Shown here: positions 38,054 to 48,342 of the stretch, one piece after another
Layout: every line of letters begins with the position of its first letter
Numbering within the stretch: the stretch's first letter is position 1
Source: a virus
Taxonomy: Duplodnaviria; Caudoviricetes
Virus record (IMG/VR): IMGVR_UViG_3300013121_000047
Coordinates: 32,001 to 96,000 of that record
DNA length: 64,000 bases
Direction: 5' to 3' (one strand)
The notes under the pieces: model-generated
What the model saw: only the letters and a program-made list of their open reading frames with translations
Databases searched by the model: none
Told to the model about the DNA's origin: nothing
Position numbers and translations under genes: made by a program

Positions 38054-39976
38054 TTATTGTTTTTTGAATAAAGAATCAATTTTTCTTTCTACTGTTTCTT
38101 CTGTTTGTAGATTTTCGTTTAAATTAATTCCTTTTATTCTCTCTGCGTTTAAAGATCTTTTAAGTAGAGTTAAATTGAAAGCTGAGTCTATAGGCTCTTT
38201 TATAATATTTTCTGTTTTGTCATTCAATTGTATTGATAATATTTGTTGTTCTGCTATATCTAAATTAATAAACTGTATTTGGTATGAATTTTTTTCACCA
38301 ATAGCCAATAGGTTAAGTTCATTGTCGGTTTTATTATAAAGTTTTAGATATTCTGGATTAAAATATATTTCTACAGCTTGATGATTTTGGTCTCTTATGC
38401 TATCTGTAAAAGCACTCTCATTTAAATAAATATTAGGATAAGATTTCGGGGCACCAGAAACAGAGATCGGTTCAATTTTAACTCTGTTGAAAATTTTATC
38501 AAATTCAACTTTGTATTGTATTGAATAACCAGAAGAAATTCCATGAGCGTCTATTGACGCAAGCGCATAAATTGCCGATTTTTTACTAGAAAAATCGAAA
38601 TCGTAAAAAATTGTTTTTGGACTAGCAAGAACTTCGACTAAAGTTTCCTCAGGAAATTCACCTGAAAGTTCTTTAACCTCAGAATCATCAAAATTATATT
38701 CCCTTAAAAGTTGATAGGGCTCATATAAAGAATAACGTTTAAAAACTTGAAACTTTTTAATATCCATTTGCGTATTCACTGGGAAATTCCATGAAATTTT
38801 CATTCCTTTTTCTTCTGGAATGTATTTGAATGAAATATCTTGCGGTGGAGGAGGAGGAGAAAATTCTTTGCAAAGTATAGCATTCGCTGTTACGGCTCTA
38901 CTTGCAACTAAAATTCCTAGCGCACTTATCAATCCATTTTTTTCATCTACTGCTTCAATTTCAATATAAAAAACTGACCTAATTGAATAGACGTATGTAC
39001 TTCCGTACTTAACTTCAGTGTCAATATACTGAGCTTTATTGGGGTTTTCAACAACAGAAATTGGATATATTATTTGTGAACCATCTGATTTGAGTTCTGT
39101 TTTTTCTATTATATAACCAACTGATTGGACTATGGGTATATGTGTAGTTGAAAATAACACTCTTTGTGTTATGAAATCTTTAATTTCGAAATCAAATTCA
39201 TCTTGGCTTATTAATGTTGAATTGTTTTGTATTTCCGCTTGTTTTTGTATTTTTTTTGCTTCTGAAAGAAAATCCTGAAATTCATCAATTGTCGGATTTA
39301 ATAAGTTCGTGTTAGCATTGTATTCAATAATATCTCCTAACAACTTATTATTTATTTGGATATCGTTTTTTACTTCTCTTAAAAGTTTTATATAATTTTC
39401 AACATCTAATTTTTGACCATCATTTTTGTAAAAATTTAAACCATAGTCTGAATGACTATAACCAGCAGATATTAATTCTGGTTTAACTGTTTGATCAGTG
39501 TTTTTATTTATAGTTTTAACCACTTCTAATAGAGGTTTGTTGGTTTTTTCATTAATACTTTTTAGTAAAGTTTCACAAAAAAGGCGGATTTTCTTTTCTG
39601 GTGATAAATCTTGAATTTCTAAAACGCTGTAATTGTCATAACTAAAATCATCTTCGTAGTAGATTTGCTTTAAATTATTTTTAATTTTAACGTCTGTTGC
39701 TATTCTTGTGTTGTTTCCTATAATAACTGGTGTCCAATTTAATAAATTATATCTTGGAATTCTTGTATCAAAATCATTTGTTTGTTGAACATCAAAAGTT
39801 TGATCACTTAAATTAACAGAACGAAATCTTTTTGGAATATTTGTGTACAAATAATTTGTACGCTCATCTTTAGTGTAAAAATTATATTGAAATTTTACGT
39901 TAAAATTTGTTGGTTCTTTTACGTCAACTAGTGAAATTTTTTTTGAAGGTAATGTAATTTGTTTTGTATAAGTCAT
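38054..39976 (-). CDS. Structural protein with FN3-like repeats
   Basis: YIDTEVKYGSTYVYSIRS, PPPPPQD, ISWNFP, ASIDAHG. Confidence 0.65.
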   Translation of the reverse strand: MTYTKQITLPSKKISLVDVKEPTNFNVKFQYNFYTKDERTNYLYTNIPKRFRSVNLSDQTFDVQQTNDFDTRIPRYNLLNWTPVIIGNNTRIATDVKIKNNLKQIYYEDDFSYDNYSVLEIQDLSPEKKIRLFCETLLKSINEKTNKPLLEVVKTINKNTDQTVKPELISAGYSHSDYGLNFYKNDGQKLDVENYIKLLREVKNDIQINNKLLGDIIEYNANTNLLNPTIDEFQDFLSEAKKIQKQAEIQNNSTLISQDEFDFEIKDFITQRVLFSTTHIPIVQSVGYIIEKTELKSDGSQIIYPISVVENPNKAQYIDTEVKYGSTYVYSIRSVFYIEIEAVDEKNGLISALGILVASRAVTANAILCKEFSPPPPPQDISFKYIPEEKGMKISWNFPVNTQMDIKKFQVFKRYSLYEPYQLLREYNFDDSEVKELSGEFPEETLVEVLASPKTIFYDFDFSSKKSAIYALASIDAHGISSGYSIQYKVEFDKIFNRVKIEPISVSGAPKSYPNIYLNESAFTDSIRDQNHQAVEIYFNPEYLKLYNKTDNELNLLAIGEKNSYQIQFINLDIAEQQILSIQLNDKTENIIKEPIDSAFNLTLLKRSLNAERIKGINLNENLQTEETVERKIDSLFKKQ

Positions 39977-42900
39977 CCTAAAATCTCCACTGCAACATAA
40001 AATTCATTCATTTCGGTACTATTAAAACTATTAATATATAGTTTATCATTTTTTTTATAAAGTCTATTTTTAATCTGTTCATTTTCCAACACTACTGGAT
40101 TTGTTATTTCAGTATCAATTTCAAATAGGTTTAAATCTATTATGATATTAAAGATTTTATCAAACGTTTTTGGAGAAAAAATTATAGATTTCACGGTTTG
40201 TTTGTTAAGTTCATTAAATACTTTTTTTATTATATCCGCGTTATCTTTTACACTTTGGTTGATAGTTTTATCCGCAATAAGGCTTTCGTAGTTAGTGAAA
40301 CTAATGTTTTGGGTTTGTAAGTATAATCTTAAAAATGAGTTATATTCGTCGGAGACGCTAAAATCATAGTCAGTAAGAGAAAATGCCACCTCGGATAAAT
40401 CCAATCCAGTAGAAAGAATATTGTATTTGTTTAGCAAAAATGATTTTATGGTATTACTAAATAATTCTTCTTTTTGAGTCGGTAACAAAAGCCTATATTT
40501 TTCATTTGACAATATTTCTTGTTTTGATTTTGGAATTAAAGAAACAATATTTTCATCTATAAGCCTTATGAATTTATTATTATTATCGAATGAATCTATT
40601 GGATCTATAGAAGCGTCTTTCTGATAGTTTGCAACACTTAAATTTAGGTCAAAAAGAAACTTTTGTGGTTTAAAAATTAGCTCTTCATCAAGAAGACTTT
40701 TTCTAAAGACATTTATTGAAATTAAATTATTTTCATTTTTAAAATCAACTACTTGTTCTTGTCCACTTGTAACACTTAATTTGTCTAATCTTTCTTTTAC
40801 ATTATCTATAAACCCATTTGGAATTCCAACACTTATTAGTTTCTGTATTGAATTTGTCTTTTTTAAAGATTCATTTACTACAAAACTTATTAGATGGTAA
40901 TATTCATTATCTTTGATAAGATTAGATAATGTAGATTCTTCTTTTAGTTTTGATAAAAGTTTTTTTGATATCAAATATTGTGAAGGGTTTAACAAACTAG
41001 AATTTTGGTTAATTATTTGTTTTTGAGATTCTGTTAATTTTGAAAAAACATTTTCGGTGTACCTCTTAACTTGGTTAAAATTGAATGATATCGACTCAAA
41101 AATAGCTAGAAGATTTCTTATAAAGAAATCTTCGCCTTGTAATGAATCATATATATTTTTGTATTCGGTATAGTAGTAATCGAATTTTCTTAAATATTCA
41201 TTGTCATCAGACAAATATGTTACATCTGCTGGTAATGTATATTGTCCATTAACCGAATTTGTTCCTTGGGTTAGTGGGATAACTATTTCAGTTTGAAACA
41301 CATTTAAATTTTTTGGTAAACCAGTTAAAAACTTTTCTATTGCTTTTTGAGATGCTTTTAAATGTTTTTGGTTATATAAAATACCAAAAATTTTTCCGTT
41401 ATCGATATCAAATTTTATTGATAAAAATTTTCCTGAAATGCTTGAAATTGTTTCAAATAACAAAAGTAAAATATTTGATAAACTTATGTTTAAATAAGAA
41501 CTTGTTGTCGATACGTCACTGCTAAAAAAGGGAGTCGCCGAAGTGTAAAAAACCGAAGAAATATCTAAAAAATCTTTAAATAGATTTGGTTTGTTTGAAT
41601 TTGTTGCCGTGATTGTATCAGTTAAAACTTTAGAAATTAATGCATTAGTTTGCAAAAATACAGAAGAAAATCCATCATTTCTTGGCGGTGGATTAAAAGA
41701 AGCATCGGTATTTAATTGAAGTGTTGAGTTTTCTGTAAGAATTTTTGTAACATATGATGTTATTAAATTAGCAAGATGTATAGCAACATTTTTTAATGTA
41801 GAACTTTGATCGACATCGTTTGTTAATTCTAAATCAATATTTAAACTTGGGAATGTTTTTAAGGTTTTAAGTTCTGTTTTTAATTTTTTATATAGTTCAA
41901 AATTAGATTCTTTAGTTGCTTTAATCATTCCTAACAATAAAACAAATTGAAACAAATATAGTTTTAAAATTTTATCTGTATTCGAAAGATTTATTAAGGC
42001 TGGAAGTATCAAACTTTCAAATGATGAAGAGTTTGTAGAGCTAACACAATATCCGAGTGTGTTTTTAACAGTTTCAAATATGATTTTTGTGATATTTTGT
42101 GGGATTAAATTAAATCCAAGGTCATTGAAATTAAAAATTTCATTATAAACAGAAACTGTATTTGAAATTTTTGATACAATATCATTCCCAAATGTTAGCA
42201 TAGAGAATGTATCCATATTTTTTATTGTATCATTTTTAAAATAAACATTTCCTGGAATATATTTTGACTCGCCATCATCAACTATTGTATTTTCAAAAGG
42301 GAGGACTTTTATATTAGAGTCTTCGGGAGCCGAAAATAAAAGTGTGCCAGCAATTGTCCCAATACCAATTGGTTGAGTAAAAATATCATTTGGAATAATC
42401 CCAATAATATTATCAAATGGATTGAAATCTAAAAATGATGAAAATTTAGAATCTATTGCAGATTTAACATTTGGTTTATTTAAACCTTTTGAGATTCGTA
42501 AAATCCGACCGAAAACATGTGTTGTAATTTTTATACGTTCTAGCAAATTGTTTGGTAAAGAGTTTAAAAAATTAAAAAAGTTATCTTCATTTAAACTTAA
42601 TTTTGGTAACCCGCCTCTAAGTTTTGTCGATAAGCTATTAATATCAAAATTAAAATTATTTGTTTTTGTATAACTTGTATCTATTTTTACCGAATTAACA
42701 TCATTTACTCTATCCAAATCTGTTAAATTCAGTAAATTTAAGCTGTAATTTTCTGACGCTGCCCTTAAATCAAAAAGCATTTGATAAAGAATTTTAGTAT
42801 CGGAAAATGAATTATAAGAATTTTTTGAGTAGTTCATTTTCTGAATAAAAAACTCTTCAATTGACAAAAGATTATTTATCTTAAAAAAGGACTCATCAAT

Positions 42901-43605
42901 TTCTCTAATTTGAAATGCTTTATCAAAAGATTGAAAAATCGTAATAAAACTTTCTGTTAGTTTCAACTCTTCTTCTTGAACTTTTATAAAATCAGAAAAC
43001 TCTTTAGAAATCCTACTATATTCAGCTTTAGTATTTTCATTCGAAGATAATAGCTGTTTTAAATTTTCAATAGTTTTTTCTCTAAGTTTTAATAACTGAA
43101 ATCTATAGTCGAAAAAGTAGCCTAAGTTATTATATTTTAATATTTTTTGATTTTCGAAGATTGACTTAAAATCAGATAATGAGATAATTTCAGGACGCTG
43201 GCTTGCAAATCCTTTTAAATTAACACTTTTAAACTGCTCATTTGCATATGCGTTTACTGGTAAGCTTAAAACATCAGGTTTAAAATATAGTTTTTCAAAC
43301 AATTTTTGTTTTTCAGTTTTTGGCTTATGAGCTGTTTTTATATTAGGATTTAGTGTTGTCGCAAGGGTATTGCCAGAAAGCGAAAAATTACCCGCTGGTG
43401 TTTTTTTCGCATTTTCAATAAACTGCTTATCTAGAATGATATTTCCAGTAGAATTTAAAATCGTTGCAGACAAAATTGTACCAGGATTTGAAGAGGCAAC
43501 TTGAGAGTTTAGTTCTGTTGGCAAAATTGCTTGTGTATTTAAATTTCCAACGTTTGCATTCTCTTTTCCGCTTCGAATAGGAATTCCTGAATTATTTATA
43601 CCCAT
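39973..43605 (-). CDS. Large hypothetical virion protein
   Basis: 1210 aa ORF in the tail/baseplate module. Confidence 0.65.
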   Translation of the reverse strand: MGINNSGIPIRSGKENANVGNLNTQAILPTELNSQVASSNPGTILSATILNSTGNIILDKQFIENAKKTPAGNFSLSGNTLATTLNPNIKTAHKPKTEKQKLFEKLYFKPDVLSLPVNAYANEQFKSVNLKGFASQRPEIISLSDFKSIFENQKILKYNNLGYFFDYRFQLLKLREKTIENLKQLLSSNENTKAEYSRISKEFSDFIKVQEEELKLTESFITIFQSFDKAFQIREIDESFFKINNLLSIEEFFIQKMNYSKNSYNSFSDTKILYQMLFDLRAASENYSLNLLNLTDLDRVNDVNSVKIDTSYTKTNNFNFDINSLSTKLRGGLPKLSLNEDNFFNFLNSLPNNLLERIKITTHVFGRILRISKGLNKPNVKSAIDSKFSSFLDFNPFDNIIGIIPNDIFTQPIGIGTIAGTLLFSAPEDSNIKVLPFENTIVDDGESKYIPGNVYFKNDTIKNMDTFSMLTFGNDIVSKISNTVSVYNEIFNFNDLGFNLIPQNITKIIFETVKNTLGYCVSSTNSSSFESLILPALINLSNTDKILKLYLFQFVLLLGMIKATKESNFELYKKLKTELKTLKTFPSLNIDLELTNDVDQSSTLKNVAIHLANLITSYVTKILTENSTLQLNTDASFNPPPRNDGFSSVFLQTNALISKVLTDTITATNSNKPNLFKDFLDISSVFYTSATPFFSSDVSTTSSYLNISLSNILLLLFETISSISGKFLSIKFDIDNGKIFGILYNQKHLKASQKAIEKFLTGLPKNLNVFQTEIVIPLTQGTNSVNGQYTLPADVTYLSDDNEYLRKFDYYYTEYKNIYDSLQGEDFFIRNLLAIFESISFNFNQVKRYTENVFSKLTESQKQIINQNSSLLNPSQYLISKKLLSKLKEESTLSNLIKDNEYYHLISFVVNESLKKTNSIQKLISVGIPNGFIDNVKERLDKLSVTSGQEQVVDFKNENNLISINVFRKSLLDEELIFKPQKFLFDLNLSVANYQKDASIDPIDSFDNNNKFIRLIDENIVSLIPKSKQEILSNEKYRLLLPTQKEELFSNTIKSFLLNKYNILSTGLDLSEVAFSLTDYDFSVSDEYNSFLRLYLQTQNISFTNYESLIADKTINQSVKDNADIIKKVFNELNKQTVKSIIFSPKTFDKIFNIIIDLNLFEIDTEITNPVVLENEQIKNRLYKKNDKLYINSFNSTEMNEFYVAVEILG

Positions 43606-43609
43606 ATTA

Positions 43610-46003
43610 TTATATAATGATGTTATTAGATGAAATTTCTTGCCCTAAAGAATAATCAAAATAAACAGGCAGCACTGAATAAAACACTTCTCCTGCCTCA
43701 CCGTCTAATAAAACATCATAAAAAATAAAAGAATTTGAATCTGAAATATTATGAGAACTTCCAACAACTGATTTTATACCAAATCTTGTTAAAGTTATTA
43801 TAAAATGGTCAATTTTTTCTAAATTTCCATCAACACTCCATGTTAAGATATTCATAGTCTTGTTTAAGTTTACAGCTTTCACTTCTTTTATGGATGGCAA
43901 AGTTTTAGTAAAATCTGCGTCATATTCAATAACGGCACCAGTTGGTCCAAAAGAATAGTCACTTTCTGAATGTTTTTCTTTGAGTGTATTCTCCGAAACA
44001 AGTGTTCCATATTTTAACACAAATGGATGACGAGATAAGTATGGATAAAAAGAATAAGTTAAATTACGATAAGTCTCTTCCAATTGTAGTTTTGGTAAAA
44101 GTGTAAATGGAGTACGAAAATACGTAAAAATTTTATATTTGTAACTATATCCACTTTCCAACTCTTTTATATTTGTTCTATTTCTTAGTGTAGAGTCATT
44201 AAATTTATTGCTGGATAAAATTCCAAAATCTTCTTCTTGTCCCGTTTGTAAATTAGTACGGATAACCCTATAAACGAAAGATGTTGAAATATCAGTTGAA
44301 TCAAATAAATCTTTGTACAAATCGTATATTCCAAGTAGTTTAAAATTTTCAACAACAAGAGTTATGTTTTTTTGTTCTAAAACTGTTTTGATTTCAAATT
44401 CGACATTTAAAGTATTTGAAATTACTGTATTTGAAGCATTGATAATTTCGCTTGATAAAATATTTGTTTGAATTTCTTTGTTTTGAACAACTAAATTTGA
44501 ATTAGTGTTTACAACAGTACCATCTTTTTTTATTAATTTAACATTATACTCATAATATGAGTCTTTTTTAAGATCATTGTCTTTGAAACTAAAATTTTTA
44601 TTTTGCTCTAGTTTATATGGACCATAAATTAAAGACTCTTCACTTGTTGAAAGTATTTTTTTATATAGTAAAATTGAGAAAGCCTCTGGTTCATTTATCA
44701 CCCCAGAGATTGTGATAGTATTATCACTATTTAATTGATAGCCTAAAACGACATTATACAAATTTTCTGTATTTGATTCTACCGAGTTTTTATTTTCATC
44801 TACGATAACAGAATCAAACAGCACACAATTTTTATCATTTTCATAGTTAGAAAGTGCTCTTAAAATTATCTTTTTGTTAATGGCTTTATTTATTTCTATC
44901 TTTTTTTCGCCGTCAACTTTTCTTAGTTCGTAATTTCCTAAATAAAAATATTTATTATTTAAATTTTTTTTATCTATTTCTTTATAGAAAAAAGAAATTC
45001 CTGTTGCGTTTTCATCATTTTGTTTGACAAATAAAACAATTTTTCCGTCTGAACCCCTTCTATAAAATGAAACTATTTTAGGAGGAAGTTTTGGTGTTAA
45101 AAATATATCTAAATTCTTTTTATGGAAAACTGTTATTTGTTTATTTGCAGTCGGCCGCGCTGCATCATCATACATTTCTATTTCAAAATAAAGTTCATTT
45201 AACGAATTTACTTTATTTTTTTCTAAGATAATGTCCAGATCAATTTTAACAGTTGTTTTATTTATTTTTTCTAAAGTTGTTGTTAGTGAACTATTTGAAA
45301 TTTGTGGAATTTCTTGACGTTGTGAGACTATGTTTTCTTGAACCGAATTTAAATTCTTATAATCAACAAAAATCCCACCAGTAACTTTAGATATATTTTT
45401 AATGCCTTTGGTTTTTATTGCCAACGAAGCAGGATCTATTCCTTTAGAAAGGGCTACTTGTAAATTGTCAGTTATTGTTTGATTTGAAGTAAATTCTGAT
45501 AATTGATAATTTGGTGCTGATTCTTTGATGTTTTTAATTTCTGATAGTGCTGATAAATTTATTTGTGTTTTTTCAACCGAAAAATTATTTTTTTTACTTT
45601 TTTCAATTGCGTCAAAAGACGTGAATTCCATTACAGAAAAATTTTTTGTTAGAATGATATTCTCATCATTTCTAGAAGTATTTTCTTTTCTTGCTGGTGT
45701 TAATTTCTGAATACTTTCAATTATTTTTTTGTTAGCTAATTGCAAACCATTTTTTTTAGTTGGCTGTTTCTGACTTTTATCTAAAACAACATCTGAGTTG
45801 AAAATTGGCTCTAGTGTTGTTTTTTTTGCTTTTGAAATAAAAACTTTGCCATTAAAAGAGTTGTTTTTCTTTGCGGCTTCATTTAGATCTATTTCAAATG
45901 AAATTTTATAAACAACTGATCTATCCGTAACTTCTATAAGATTTGCAAAGGTTGTCTCATTTGTAAAAATAATCGTTTCTGATATGTTATTTATAAATTT
46001 CAT
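43610..46003 (-). CDS. Structural protein with FN3-like repeats
   Basis: FKDNDLKKDSYYEYNV, LESGYSYKYKI, LTWSVDG. Confidence 0.6.
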   Translation of the reverse strand: MKFINNISETIIFTNETTFANLIEVTDRSVVYKISFEIDLNEAAKKNNSFNGKVFISKAKKTTLEPIFNSDVVLDKSQKQPTKKNGLQLANKKIIESIQKLTPARKENTSRNDENIILTKNFSVMEFTSFDAIEKSKKNNFSVEKTQINLSALSEIKNIKESAPNYQLSEFTSNQTITDNLQVALSKGIDPASLAIKTKGIKNISKVTGGIFVDYKNLNSVQENIVSQRQEIPQISNSSLTTTLEKINKTTVKIDLDIILEKNKVNSLNELYFEIEMYDDAARPTANKQITVFHKKNLDIFLTPKLPPKIVSFYRRGSDGKIVLFVKQNDENATGISFFYKEIDKKNLNNKYFYLGNYELRKVDGEKKIEINKAINKKIILRALSNYENDKNCVLFDSVIVDENKNSVESNTENLYNVVLGYQLNSDNTITISGVINEPEAFSILLYKKILSTSEESLIYGPYKLEQNKNFSFKDNDLKKDSYYEYNVKLIKKDGTVVNTNSNLVVQNKEIQTNILSSEIINASNTVISNTLNVEFEIKTVLEQKNITLVVENFKLLGIYDLYKDLFDSTDISTSFVYRVIRTNLQTGQEEDFGILSSNKFNDSTLRNRTNIKELESGYSYKYKIFTYFRTPFTLLPKLQLEETYRNLTYSFYPYLSRHPFVLKYGTLVSENTLKEKHSESDYSFGPTGAVIEYDADFTKTLPSIKEVKAVNLNKTMNILTWSVDGNLEKIDHFIITLTRFGIKSVVGSSHNISDSNSFIFYDVLLDGEAGEVFYSVLPVYFDYSLGQEISSNNIII

Positions 46004-46023
46004 TATTTTCCCTTTATTTTATC

Positions 46024-46998
46024 TTATATAAATACGAAAGTGAAAATATTAATAAATGTATGAGAATTGTTATCATCCAAAAAAATTTTACCTGCGAAAT
46101 AAACATGTCGAGACACTAATGAACTACCATCTTTAAAAACTTGCTCGCCAAAATCGATCAAATCTAGTTTACCTATGTCACTTCCATTTATTTCAAAAAT
46201 TTGACCTAGAATAGTATTTGTTGGGCTTGAATTTGAAAATTCTATCTTAGAATAAGATCCTTTTTCTTTTAAATTATTCAACTCTTTACTTAATTCGGCC
46301 GCAGAGAAACTTTCTTGTTTTCCTAAATTTGGATATATACCAAGCGATTTAGTCTCAGAATCATTTGTTTTTTTATTTATCGGAGGCAGAAATTTATAGT
46401 TTGGAAGATTAGATAATCTTTTGTCTAAAAAAAAGCTCTCAGCTTGATTTATATTACTTTCAAAAATTTCATTTTCAATATTAATTGGACTTTTTCTAGT
46501 TATATCAAACTGGATTGAATTGTTTGAAAGTTTAAATTGTGTGTTTTCATTGTTGAATTTTGGTGAACTTAATAAACGTAAATCTTTAAAATTTTGAAAA
46601 CTTGTACTTAAAATCTGTTTGGCATATAAGCTTAAATTTTCTCTACTTGCTGTAACAAAATTACTCATTGAAGAAAATAAAATTTTTCCATTTGAAACTT
46701 TAAATGTTTCATTTGAACCTGATAATTTTAAAACAAGTGGAATGTTTAGTTTTCCATTGTTATCAACACTGTAAATTATAGTATCCTGGGGCCTTGATTT
46801 TGCTTCGAAATTTAGCCTTTTTGTGTGTAAATCTACAAACGAACCACTATCAAATTGATCCAAAGCTGAGTATGTTAAAGTAGAATCTGAAAATGACGCA
46901 AATTTAATAGAAATCTTTCCATTGGAAAGTTGTTTACGCCCTTCTTCTGTTAAATTTGTATCTATTATTCGTTCTTTTGGATTTAAAAAACCGCTCAT
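46024..46998 (-). CDS. Baseplate/tail structural protein
   Basis: IIDTNLTEEGRKQL...FASFSD, paralogous N-terminus to 37300..38013. Confidence 0.65.
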   Translation of the reverse strand: MSGFLNPKERIIDTNLTEEGRKQLSNGKISIKFASFSDSTLTYSALDQFDSGSFVDLHTKRLNFEAKSRPQDTIIYSVDNNGKLNIPLVLKLSGSNETFKVSNGKILFSSMSNFVTASRENLSLYAKQILSTSFQNFKDLRLLSSPKFNNENTQFKLSNNSIQFDITRKSPINIENEIFESNINQAESFFLDKRLSNLPNYKFLPPINKKTNDSETKSLGIYPNLGKQESFSAAELSKELNNLKEKGSYSKIEFSNSSPTNTILGQIFEINGSDIGKLDLIDFGEQVFKDGSSLVSRHVYFAGKIFLDDNNSHTFINIFTFVFI

Positions 46999-47013
46999 AT
47001 TCTTTTTTCCTTT

Positions 47014-48342
47014 TTATGGTTCGATAAACGGACGCCCAGCTCTATAATAAGAATCATATACTCCACTATCCCTAGTGTTTAGAGAACTTGTAAGATTAAT
47101 TATTCTATCTTCTGATCCACTTAGGAATAAAACTTTAAGCGGATAACTAATAGTTTTTGTTTTGGCATCATACATCGCAGAAAAAAGTCTATTCGAATGT
47201 TTAAATCTAATTTCTCCGTATTGTTTGCGATCAAAAAGAACTTTACTCTTTTCTGGGAATCCTGATTTTAAACCATATTTCCACCCTCTTATAAGAGAAC
47301 CAAAGTAAACTGAAGCCATTGAATAGCCAAATAAAGAATTTTGTTGACTTGTTACAAACTCTCCCAATCCATTAAATCCATCGCCAAACCCATAAAGAAA
47401 CTTTATAGTTGTAGACTGTTTTGAACTGCTAAAAAATAAAGTAGATTCATCAAATGAGACAGAGGCACTTGCGAAAAATGGTTTATCAGCAATAATTCCG
47501 TGAATTGTGCGGTTTGCTGCACTATATCCGTTTCCAGATTCTGGATTTGTTGGAAGTGCACCCGATGGAAACAAAAAAGAAAATATGATATTAAAAGATT
47601 TTCCAAGGGTAGGCGGAAAACTTCCCATATTCCCCCAAAACCCATCAGTTAACGCTACAAATGGAGGAAGTTTTGTTATGGGAGAAATCTCACCAGTTGT
47701 TCCATAAATATTAACCGAAGAATTGTTAGAAATTGAACCTGATACTGAATAAAATAAATTTTCCGCGCTAAATGGTTTTCCTTGTAATCTAGCTGCATTT
47801 CTATATCTTATTTCAAATGGAAATGATTTAATCCATTTATCATTTGAAACTTGTTGACCATTTGAGCTTGTAAGTGTATGTGTTTCAAAACTTGCAACAG
47901 ACGCAGAGTAAGTTCTACAACCAAATACATATTCAAAATTTAAAATTTGCTCAGCGTTTCCTTTAGGTGTATTTATGAGTAAAAGACTTCCGCTATCGAC
48001 TCTAAAAATTTCATTTATATCAGGAACGAAACTATCATAATAAAATTCATTTTCTGAGGTGGCTTCAATAAAACGGTTTGATTTATTTATTAGTGTTAAA
48101 CTATTGGTTATCGCTGTACGAAATTCGGTAAATGAATTTTCATAGTTTTGTGGCAAAATTATAGTTGCTACGGGAAAATTATTGAGCAAAGTGCTTATAT
48201 ATTTAGAGATTGTTACACCTCTTTTTGAATTTACTATTGGCGTTCCTGCCGAACCTTTCTCAACGAGCAGCGCACCAGTTATATAGTTATCAGTATAACT
48301 ACCTCTTAAACTTGCTCTTGAGTGTATATCAAAAAAGGGCAT
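47014..48342 (-). CDS. Hypothetical virion protein
   Basis: 442 aa Ser/Gly/Phe-rich ORF in the structural run. Confidence 0.65.
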   Translation of the reverse strand: MPFFDIHSRASLRGSYTDNYITGALLVEKGSAGTPIVNSKRGVTISKYISTLLNNFPVATIILPQNYENSFTEFRTAITNSLTLINKSNRFIEATSENEFYYDSFVPDINEIFRVDSGSLLLINTPKGNAEQILNFEYVFGCRTYSASVASFETHTLTSSNGQQVSNDKWIKSFPFEIRYRNAARLQGKPFSAENLFYSVSGSISNNSSVNIYGTTGEISPITKLPPFVALTDGFWGNMGSFPPTLGKSFNIIFSFLFPSGALPTNPESGNGYSAANRTIHGIIADKPFFASASVSFDESTLFFSSSKQSTTIKFLYGFGDGFNGLGEFVTSQQNSLFGYSMASVYFGSLIRGWKYGLKSGFPEKSKVLFDRKQYGEIRFKHSNRLFSAMYDAKTKTISYPLKVLFLSGSEDRIINLTSSLNTRDSGVYDSYYRAGRPFIEP

